DNA from: Lenisia limosa
Lineage: Eukaryota; Protista; Breviatea
Direction of reading: 5' to 3'
Assembly (NCBI GenBank): GCA_001655205.1
Contig: LPNZ01007172.1
Location: 1-49,486, forward strand
Length of the DNA stretch: 49,486 bases
The translations under genes were made by a program, and so were the position numbers. Shown one piece after another: positions 23,703 to 34,300 of this stretch. Position 1 is the first letter of the stretch. Each line of letters starts with the position of its first letter. The notes under the pieces are model-generated. The model was not told where the DNA came from. It saw only the letters and a program-made list of their open reading frames with translations, and did no database searches.

Positions 23703-25567
23703 TCATTTCTGACCCTTTTTGAGCTCACGGTATGCTTCAACTGCCTAAATACGGTAGCTCCAGCTTTAAAAAATGGCATATCCATAAGTCACAAACCTTT
23801 TCTCTTTCCAATTCCATGACAAGACTATGGTCAAACGCAATTTTGTCTTGGTCCCAGTGCTTGATGTTTTTATTTTCAAGCTGCACAATCAGGTTAAAAG
23901 CTAGAACGAATATTACTGACATATTCATCGAGTCATATTTATTTTGTGATGGTCAACAAACATATAATAAGAAATGTAANNNNNNNNNNNNNNNNNNNNN
24001 NNNNNNNNNNNNNNNNNNNNNNNNNNNNNNNNNNNNNNNNNNNNNNNNNNNNNNNNNNNNNNNNNNNNNNNNNNNNNNNNNNNNNNNNNNNNNNNNNNNN
24101 NNNNNATCATCACAACTAAATCACCCAACTTACAACTGTAACATGTTTGGGGACTGCTGAGAACTTGACAGGTTCCATTGAAAAGGAGGACATAGTTTTC
24201 TCGGGCTAATCTGTTATGCAATGGGACATGGTCGGAAAGTGGAACCAGAATAGCCTACCTTCTTTGCATTCTCTTTGTAAATATCAAAGTCATCTGGAAG
24301 CTCGGCGTCTTCGTCCATGTTCTTTCTTCGCTTATATTTCTAAGGTGCATATATTAGAAAAATCATAGAAAACAAACATTGATCATTCGCTGCTCCTTCT
24401 GCTTTGATAACTTCTCTTTTCTGGCCTTTGCTCGCCTAAATTATAATATTATATTACATTCATATAGGACACAAATAAATATTTTACAAACTCTTTCTTC
24501 TTCAAATGCGTTTTGGTTTCTCTTTTGTTGACAAGCGCAATGTGTGCACGCCCTTCACGCTCCACGCGATCAACAAAGTTACGCATAGACTCACCAGCCT
24601 TCCTCGGGGTGAAGCGTGGCAAATCAGACTAATTTGGTCAATATCAGTCCCGTAGTTCAGGAACTAAAAATTACTAACCACAAACTTTCTTTCCAACTAA
24701 ATTTGCAGCGGTTTCTAAACAATAACGAAATGTAGGGAAGAAGCCCAATTAACCAAAATCGTGAAACATTTCTGAAACAACCCGCAAACGTTCTTGGACG
24801 ATAGTATCGGCCACATCAATTGGGGCTCCGTCATCTTCCGTCGCTATTGAAACAGGCTGGTGACAATAAAAATGGTCAAATAAAAGTGCCATAGTATTAT
24901 ATTTCAGGTGGAATGTACCTCATCTTCTGGTGCATCTTTTTCAGCTTGCTCTCTTAGGATTTGCTCTGCATCTTCTCTTTGCTTCCTCTTCAGATTACGC
25001 TACTCACATATTAGTGCAATGGGGAGAAACAGTTGTGTCAATGAAATAATCACATATTGAAACAAATATGCGTAACACCTCCCCAACCTGCTGTTTCCGT
25101 GTTAAGTTTTGGTGTCCTCCTGATTCAGGAATCACTTTTTCTTCAGCATTTGTCTGAAATAACAAGATAAGATTCTTGCCTAATCAAAAAGGATGATATC
25201 CATCATAGCTAGAATAAAATATTCCTTCTTCACTGCAAATTCACCTTGATCTTTTTGAGTTGGTGCTTTGGGAGCGCCTTGATCTCAGCAGGTGTCAACA
25301 TGCACAGCGGGATATCAGGAGGTGGTCCTGTCGAAAGAGCTTTTGAAGACCCAAGACGACCATCCATCTAGGAGTCATGAGAGCAAAAGACAGATCCGTG
25401 TTTTGCCAGATTCTGTGCCTGATATATATTTTATTGATAAATATGGTACAGAATATTGCCAGGAAGGTATTGGATACTACCTTGTAGACGTTCTCATCTT
25501 CTCCACGGATCTTGAAAGTTTTCGTCTTCCGGTGCCTAGATAATGTTGATTTAACTCGTCTACCCAT
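23703..25567 (-). CDS. Basic coiled-coil protein, CCDC137-like (putative nucleolar)
   Basis: Spliced MGRRVKSTLSRHRK..., LPRFTPRKAGESMRNFVDRVEREGRAHI, and C-terminal MELEREKAVEAYRELKKGQK*. These resemble the GES..Y..R and ERERAVQAYRALK segments of CCDC137 as recalled; not searched. Confidence 0.5.
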
Positions 25568-25690
25568 ATTACAATGTAGGTTGGGGTTTATTTTTTTTGG
25601 TGAAACACCTAATGCTACATTAGTTACATTTTTACACTTTTTCCAACCAAAAAAAAAAAAAATCAAAAAAATCAAAAGGTTGATTTAATC
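25568..25690. promoter_or_regulatory. Putative bidirectional promoter, CCDC137-like / FERM gene
   Basis: 123 bp between divergent ATGs, with A-tracts. Confidence 0.5.
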
Positions 25691-28600
25691 ATGGGAAAGA
25701 CAACCATCTCAACACCTGACGGTTGGGCTAGCAAGTTCAAAATCCTTCCGGAACACTCAGCTTTCAATGTAAGTTGCCTCCTCTCTCAGAAAGACCCCTT
25801 ACATACATCTAGGTTGCTAGAGCTGTTGTTGAAGGCAGAGGAATGGAAGCAGAGAGTGGACAAATTTTCCAACTCTACGCAAGTGGACCATACAACCCCG
25901 ATGTCGCCAATGATTTGTTAGCTATGGGTATATTTTTTTTCATATTGAGTTGTTTCCTTTTCAATGGTTTTTGGGCTCTCTTTGACTCGTTTAGCGTTCC
26001 TATTGGCCCTTCTGCCAACCCTGCTAAGGTACGTATTCCTGATTTTCGATTATGTAGTGCTTTTGTCTCACAACTGCAGGTTTTTGAAGGTTTTCTCAAG
26101 ACTCTTGACCCCAAGCAGTTCAAGCCCGAAGCATCAACTGTTTCTCTTCGCCCTGCCCTGGTTTGTCATGAAATATTCACTCATGATAATTGGCTGGTGG
26201 ATCCACTTGTATTGCTTCCGCTCTGCATTATATTCTTATTTGTTATTGTTGTGGGATTCTGGTTGTTGGGACGACTTCCTATTATTTTACAGCAAATCAA
26301 ATCTATCTTGTTGTTATTATGTAGGCTTACGATGTCGAGAAGGAACGTTCCATTAAAGACCCTGTTGCACTGAGTATTCTGATGGTTGGCTTGAACTAAC
26401 GCAAGACAAGTGACATCCCCAGCAATACACTGTCCAAGTGTTACCCCTCTAGGCACATTCTCATCAACAATGGCTTCGTGGTTACTACGTTGCTGCCGAC
26501 GACAAGGAAGCTGTTGAACAGGCTTGTAAGATTGCCGCCCTTGCTCTTCTCATCAAATCAAGAGATTTCGGTTTGTTATATTACCTTTCTCTGCTTTTAA
26601 TGCTCAACCATCCCTTTTCTTTCTCCTATTTCTAATTCCACCAAGACAAGAAGGCGCTTGAGAAAACAGTCAAGAAAGAGCACGCAAACTGGATCCCCAA
26701 CGTTATTTGGAAGAAGCAAGGAACTTCCTCGGTACGCTTAAGTTATTGTATTATACCCCCAACCTACTGCAACAATGAAGAAACACATGCTAATTCGCAA
26801 ACCCTGTGGTCGGCTGCGCTTTACGCTCTTTGGCGCATTAATTGCGACATTTAGTGGCAGCTTTGCGCCACCATTGGCGTTGATGAGGTCAAAGTTTCTG
26901 ACTCGGTTTCATCTGAGCCCTGAGTTACACTTTCCTTGCTTTTCCACAACTATTGAATCTGTTTTATTTTTTTATTATTTTTTTTTAGTGGTGCTCTGCA
27001 GTTGCCGAACACTATACTTCCTTCTCTAAGAACCCCGATAAGATTGTGATCCTGCTCTATCTCCAAGCTCTTAGACGTTTCGACCATGTGAGAGGGGACT
27101 GATCCCTTTCTTTTCAGAGTTTTGAGGGGGTATTATTATATTTATAATTCGGTTGAAAACCTACCTCACCGTCTAGTATGGTGCTACTTTTATTCGTGCC
27201 ACCACCGAAATGTTCAATGCCAAGCAGAAGAAGGTTTGTTTTCATTGGAATATTATCTATATGTGTATATTAAAAGGAACTTTTGCCATTGCTGTGTAAC
27301 TCACTGTATACATGTATTAGTATATTAACACCCTTAGAATGTTCCAACAATGGTCACTATTGCTGTTGCCAACTCTGGGTTCTACCAAATTCCTATTGAT
27401 GGTTTGTGAGGGTGGCTGTTTATTCTTCTGACTGAAGTTTTGGGTGTGGCACATATTATTGTAGTACGTTATATATTATATATTGAATGATTTTTTTTGT
27501 TTTGTTTGTTTGTTTCTTCTTTCTTTGTTGGATCGACATCACATTTCCAGGAGGTGCTGTTGAACGTGTATTGCCCTTCAGCAGCGTTACTTGCAGCGCG
27601 GGTGGTAACCAAAAACTGTAGGATTATGTTATTGGTTGGGCGTTTCACTGATCCCTGGTTATCGTACTCACTAATACAGTGTTCGTGTTACTTTGGATGT
27701 GTTTGATGAGGCCAACCCCAACATGCTTGCTAAGGAAAAGGTGTGACACCTAGGGCATCTTCAAAGGGAGAAACGATAACACAATGAATGTCCTTTGAGC
27801 AGTCAACTTACAAAGCAGGTTGAGTATACTTTCAGAGGAGCAATGATTGCCTGGATTGCTGAAGTTGCTCAAGCCAACATTAACCTTCTCGAATCCAAGG
27901 GTTTGCAGTCTTTGATTTTTACCTTAAAATTAACCACACCACACCGTTCAGCCAACCGCATTCAGAAGGAGATTGAGGCAGAAATGGACCTTATTCTGCA
28001 GCAAGAGGCTGAGGCCCAGGCTGAGGAGGACAGACGAGAGGTATGTATAACAGCTCAGTTTTCATTCCGCATAATTTCTTACTGTTAGTAAAAAGAATCT
28101 CACATAATCGATTATAGGCTGAAGTCAAGGCACGTGTTGAGGCTGAACTTGCCGAGCAGAAGGAGGCTATGGAGAAGGAAAGACAGAGGCAAATGGCTGC
28201 CAGAACCGTATGTATTCTGCTATCGTGAATATTTTTATTAAACGGTCTAGGCAATGCTCGAACAGATCCGTAAGGAAGAAATGGAGAAGAGACGTATCGC
28301 TGAGGAGGCTGAGGTTTGCCTCACTGGACTAATACTGTCGACCCCAATGATTGTTTATTTTTATTACTATTATTTTGTTTCATAAATTCTAACCCCCCCC
28401 CCCCAGNNNNNNNNNNNNNNNNNNNNNNNNNNNNNNNNNNNNNNNNNNNNNNNNNNNNNNNNNNNNNNNNNNNNNNNNNNNNNNNNNNNNNNTTGCAATG
28501 GAAATCGCCAAGCACGAGGAGGCACTTCAGCTCAAGCTTGAAAACCAGCAACGCAAGGATGAAGGTTGGTGTCTTTATAATCCATTGGGGTTGGTGCTTT

Positions 28601-29960
28601 TCGTCAACCGCTTAACGGTCTGCAGCTGAGAATGCCATGAAGGCCATGCTTGATGCCCGCGTCAAGAGAGCCGCAGAGGAAGAGAAGAGAAGAGAAGAGG
28701 AGGTTAGCTCGGCCTTATTGCGATATATACAATACAATAGTGGTACACCCATCCAATTACCCCCCACCACCACCACCATCTGACTATTAAGGCTGCCAAG
28801 CGTGCTGAAGAAGAAAAGAAGAGAATTGAGGAGGCTGAGGAGGCTGCCCGCAAGGAAAGTATGATTTCGATATTCGAGCATTTTCTTTTTTCAATCGTTG
28901 AGCAACGCACCAACCGCTCGTCATCTAAACACTTTAGTGGAGGCTGCTGAGGCCGAACGCCAGGCAAAGATGAAGGAGGAGGAAGACAGAATCAGAGCAG
29001 AAGAGGCAGAGAAGGTAGGATTTCGTGGTCTGTTTTAGATTGCTGGCAGTAGTCACTATCCTGATGTGCTCCTTGTTTTTTTGCAGATACTTCTGCAACT
29101 TTTTACATCAACTTACCTGTCAGACTAAGGCCAAGGCTGAAGCTGCTGCCGCCACCAGTGGAAATGACAAGAAAGCTGATCTTTTGGCTAAGGTGGACCT
29201 CCTTGTGATCTATGGAATCTTCGGTATTTGTGTTTATAACTTCTTACCGCCGCCAGCGTCGCGCTCGTATCGCTGAACTTCGCAACAACCTTGCCTCAGT
29301 CAAGGCTAAGTATCGTCAGACCAAGGAAGACTCTGATAAAAAGGTATACTCAGGGTTACCCTCTCCCTCAGTTGCTATTACATTGCTGGTTATGTCATTT
29401 CAACTTTCGGGTCCATTTTGTATTGATAAGTGTAGATTGAGGAAGCCGATNNNNNNNNNNNNNNNNNNNNNNNNNNNNNNNNNNNNNNNNNNNNNNNNNN
29501 NNNNNNNNNNNNNNNNNNNNNNNNNNNNNNNNNNNNNNNNNNNNNNNNNNNNNNNNNNNNNNATGTAGACTGCTTGGGGAGGGAAGGGGGTAACATTGAG
29601 CAGTGATCCCCTTTGCATATATTTACTTCAGTTTTAGTTTTAACACTATAGGAAGTAGAGAATATCAAGTCCCCTGTGAAGGAAGAACCCAAGGTAGAGG
29701 AGGTGAAGGAAGAACCTAAGGTAGAGGAGGTGAAGGAAGAACCTAAGGTAGAGGAGGTGAAGGAAGAACCCAAGGTTGAAGAAGTGAAGGACGAAAAGAC
29801 TGAAGAGAAGGAGGAAGGAAATATTGAAGAGAAGGAGGAAGAAAAGACTGAAGAGAAGGAGGAGAAGACTGAAGAGAAGGTTGAAGAGAAGGAGGAAGAA
29901 AAGACTAAAGAGAAGGTTGAAGAGAAGGAGGTTGCCGAGGAGGTCGCACCATCCGAATAA
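25691..29960 (+). CDS. FERM-domain protein with long charged alpha-helical region and E/K-rich tail
   Basis: FERM central-lobe-like KDPVALSILMAHSHQQWLRGYY...ACKIAALALLI...NWIPNVIWKK...LLYLQALRRF...YGATF, then E/R/K/A-rich exons and terminal exon 29676-29960. Confidence 0.75.
27278..27308. mobile_element. Solo degenerate TIR related to the 16093-16719 element
   Basis: aacttttgccattgctgtgtaactcactgTA versus the element's right end aactttttgccattacttatgtaactcactgTA; the terminal 14 nt including TA are identical. Confidence 0.65.
29676..29783 (+). repeat. Coding minisatellite, 4 x 27 bp (VKEEPKVEE)
   Basis: gtgaaggaagaacc(c/t)aaggt(a/t)ga(g/a)ga(g/a) repeated four times in the last FERM-gene exon. 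Confidence 0.9.
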
Positions 29961-30160
29961 ACGTGTGTTTGGACGTTTAATTTGAGTGTTTTTCTTGTTT
30001 CTTGTAATGTATTTAGTAGTTACTGCCATAAAACACTTAGACATGCTATATTTACATGAAATGCAAATAAAATATGTATATTATTCAATTGTTACAAACA
30101 TCAAAAGACAGACTCTTACCTCAAATCAAAGAGCACGTGCCGCCTGCACAGGTCAAAACT

Positions 30161-31197
30161 TTATTTCACAAATTGTCCAACCTTCCACTCTTCAATGTTG
30201 TCAAGATGCATGTTGAATCGTTGTCCATCAACGTCAATCACAATGTCTTTATTGTCTCGCTCATATGTCATGGATACCTGGTGAAGTGAGATTGGAATGT
30301 GCATGAGCTAAAAGCCAACTGCGGCGGTCCCAAGAGTGAGGTGTACTTTCCCCTCCATATGTGAGAAGTGCATGTCTAGACCCAGAGTCAGTTTCAAATG
30401 TCCCAATTCAACATGAAAAAATATGATAGAGTAAAAGATACTGTTGGTATTGTTGCAAATTCCTACCTTGATCACTGGGGTTCATCATTCCATGTACATT
30501 GACAGCATTGGGCATTCCAGGAACCTGTGATATTACAACGTCTTTTGAAACAATGTTACTGCCTCGTTACCTGGATTTCCCATCCGCCATTTTCATGATT
30601 TTCAGCCATCACAATTGCACGGCCGTCATCCCAGGACAGCTCTAAGGGGAGGGAGTCGTCATCTGAAAGGATGACCAAGTGCCAAATGCCACTGCCCAAA
30701 TACAACATGCAACAACACATATGACATACCTTTTGGAAGATAATTGATTTCAGAGAGTAAAGCCCCTGCCGTAGCTGTCAAAACAGCTGGGGTAACCTCT
30801 AAATAATAAAACTTTGAATATGATTATATCACTCAAAATAACATAGAAAGTTCACACATACTTGGAAAAAGAGTTGCAAAGCCTCTCGAAATGTTTTGAC
30901 TATGAAGGTGACATGGTATCATGAGAAATGATTTGATGTAGAAAAAACGATAACGATTATTATTAACAAGTAATATCCAAAAAAACCCCAAAGTGACCAC
31001 CTACCCAAGACTATTTAAGTGTAACATTGGAGGGAGGGAAACCGGGAGAACAAGGCGAAAGGAATTTGGATAGGCTCAATTCTTTATTTCTAATGGTCGT
31101 TCTTGCTGTTTCTTCACTGTTTCTTATTGTAAGTTTGGAAAACCTTGGGATAACCAAAAGGAGAAAACAGGGAAAGTGATCGCCATAAACTTACCAT
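30161..31197 (-). CDS. Hypothetical protein, possibly mitochondrial
   Basis: In-frame spliced exons give QNISRGFATLFPKVTPAVLTATAGALLSEINYLPK, ELSWDDGRAIVMAENHENGGWEIQVPGMPNAVNVHGMMNPSDQ, DMHFSHMEGKVHLTLGTAAVSMTYERDNKDIVIDVDGQRFNMHLDNIEEWKVGQFVK*. The start is ambiguous (ATG at 31197 or 31027). Confidence 0.6.
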
Positions 31198-31382
31198 TTT
31201 GGGATATGAGATGACTGAAATAGGCGGAGGAATTATACACGGCACGTACCGGGATACTCACAATCAGATCGTAATGCCCCGAAAAAAAATATCGCTCCTT
31301 TCCCCCTTTTCAAACAACTGATAGAGTTTTTGTTGTGTGAAGAAGAAGCTGAAGAAGAAGGTGTGCTGAAAGGCTGAAAGTC
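31198..31382. promoter_or_regulatory. Putative bidirectional promoter, hypothetical gene / beta-helix gene
   Basis: About 185 bp between the predicted divergent starts. Confidence 0.4.
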
Positions 31383-34300
31383 ATGGTATTTCGCATTGAT
31401 ATCCTTGGTTGCTTCAGCATTCTTGCACTGTCGCTCACGTTCTTGGTATGTTGACTGTGTTCATGCATACTGTGTGTGTGTATATTTTTGTAAATGAAAG
31501 AATTCACTGGCAAATCTCGATGGTCAGTGGATATTCCGATTATTCTTCCTTCCTCATTTTCATTTCATGCTTGCAGTCGAGTGTGAACTCAACCAACATC
31601 CACGTATCGATATCAGCTTCAGCCGGTGATGGAAGTGAAGAGAAACCTTTTCGTCTCATTAAAGATGCACTGGCGGCTTCCTTGCCTGGTGGGTGCCATA
31701 TAGTTGCAGTTTTGCTAAAGATGTGTTTATTGTGAGGTGTGTCATGAAATTAGGAGACACTATTCTGATTGGAGGAGGCATCTATCAAGAATACGGTGAG
31801 GGTGGACCTAGGAGGAATATAGATACTAAAGTTCCCTTCTAGGATGGACGCTTCAATGTACACTATGTACACTGCTGTTTTGGGTATCTTGAGTGATTGC
31901 AAACAGATCTTCAGCCTCCCAGTGGAGAGCCAAACAACCCCATTACAGTCAAGGCTGCTGATGGCGCCAGTGTTCTTCTAATGGGTGGAATTCCGGTTGG
32001 GGAGGGGAGGGGGAGGGCTGAATTCAGTTAGTAGTTAGTGAAGATGGATTGCGAGGTATTCAAAATTCACTTTCAGGGATCCTATTTCGGCTGGAACAAA
32101 TGGCAAGGAAATATCTTCAAGGCGACAGTAACTACTGAACAGGTGGGAGTTGAATTATGTTTGCAGTTAGGCTTTTTTGCTGCCATCTACACACTCACTT
32201 TATGACTCCTCCAGGCTGAGCTTTTTGACAACGACTCCCCTTTTGTAGTTGTTGAAGTTAGTGAAAGGAAACTGATATTATGTTCTGAGTGGATGTTTAC
32301 GTCTTAGATGGATGGAATGAGAGTGAAGAATCGCTTCCATATTGCCAGGTCCCCGAACTTTGATGTTTGTGAAAAGAATTATTTGTCAGTTCTCATTTCA
32401 TCTAGTCTTCAATTCCTGAACATAATCATTTGAGGTCTTGGTATCAGGTAGCTGGGGAAGGGAACCGAGAATAGGAAAGGTACACTCAATCTGTCGTGCA
32501 AAGTCCTTTTTCTCTCTCCATTATTGGGTAACTTAGGCTGATGGCGGTTCAACAACATCCCCATGTGTACCTAGCACCTACAAAGATGAAGACGATGACT
32601 GTGACACATCATCAAGGTCGAGCGTTTTACACAGCTTTGTTTTTGTCACATCCAATAAATTCACTGTCTCCAGATCAACCACTCAACTGACCGACATTGA
32701 TAAGTATCCCGACGATATGGCACCATTCAACGTTGGCTCAGGTACCCCGCACCATAACCTGCAAACCCTCCCCGACCTTGTTGGTAGGTAAGGGTCTATT
32801 ATAATAATGACAATGAAATGTAGTAATGTCTCTAATTATAGAACTGTAATACCACTAGAGCTGACGAAGTTGTATAAATTATTTCTTATTGACCCAGGAG
32901 CTCGAGTGATTGTCTCTGATGGGAAAAGTGGCCATTATATTTACACGCGAAATGTAGTCAGCCATGATAAGAGCAACGGTTAGTAGTAGTGATTATTCCC
33001 TCTGTGATTGGAATGAGGTTTTAACAGATTATTAGGCAAAATTACGGTGGATAAAGAGTGTAAATTTGATGGATGGGACCCTTCCCTTCGCATATACTCG
33101 CGTTATTATGTGGAAAACAAGGTAAGATGAAGGTTCCTCTTACCACATCTAGCTTGCCTTCCTAGATACTCCTGGGGAGTATTTCTACGACAAGACATCA
33201 CAAGAGCTCTTTGTCTACCCCTTTAACGTTTGTGTTAAAGAATTATTGTTTTTTAACGAAGTTTAGGGAATCGAGTCGTTACATGATACATACTTCTCTA
33301 TTAATAAGAAGTACTCTAATATTGGGTAGGTGACAGATTGGGAAACTCAAATGAACAAGTTGACTTTCCCCTTGTCACCACGATTAGGTTTGATCTGTCA
33401 TCAAGGTCACACGTTGTGGTGGATGGACTCCAACTGACGGGTTACGCAGGGTATGCAGTTCTGCCGCTACTCGTGTTCCTCACTATTTACCCTGCTGCGT
33501 ACCCCTTTGAAGATATGTGACCGCTATTTAGAGAAGCCTTTTCAGAAACAGGGTGGACTGGTGGTGAAGGATCAGAGCAAGTCGTAATCAAAAATAACGT
33601 AGTTGAGTATGAGGGAATCTACTTGCTCAGAATTGAAAAGAAGCCGTTTATGGGGGGGAGGGGGGACTTTGGGGGATTGTTTGCCTTTCTCTTTCTTCTT
33701 TTCTTTTTGACGATAATTTCCTATTCAGCCTTCAACAACAGTTAATTCTACCATCATCATTGAAACAGTAGTTTTTGCTGTTATTTGACCATAGGCACTG
33801 CGGGAGATTTTTGAGAATCGTTTCGGGCTTATCGGCTAACGTCAGTATCGATAACAGTTTGCATCATTGGACTATTAGCTGTAACGTGGTAGGTGACTGG
33901 TTACAAATTGTCAGACATACCCCATCATATACATATCGTTTGATATGTACTATTATATTTACATTACATATATATACAATGCCAGATATGACATACCCCC
34001 ATTGTATATACAAATGAAATGTAAATATATAAATTTTTCCGAGACAAATATGTGCTTTTACTTCAAATATGCCACCATTTGGTTCAAAAACAAAATTTAT
34101 TACAACAGGCAGATCATATCCGTCTCATTAGTTTCTTTGACCTGACCATCAATAATCTTAAGAGGTTCATCAATACTTTGAACTTCTTGAGTCATTTTTC
34201 TATACAATGCCAAAAATACTNNNNNNNNNNNNNNNNNNNNNNNNNNNNNNNNNNNNNNNNNNNNNNNNNNNNNNNNNNNNNNNNNNNNNNNNNNNNNNNN

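Noticed and set aside
29390-30044. Minus-strand ORFs with SSFTSSTLG and LLFSL repeats
   Set aside because: Antisense of the FERM-gene tail repeat.
31382-31385. Overlapping ATGs on both strands in the palindrome CATG
   Set aside because: The minus-strand gene has more plausible starts at 31197 or 31027; CATG overlap is expected by chance.
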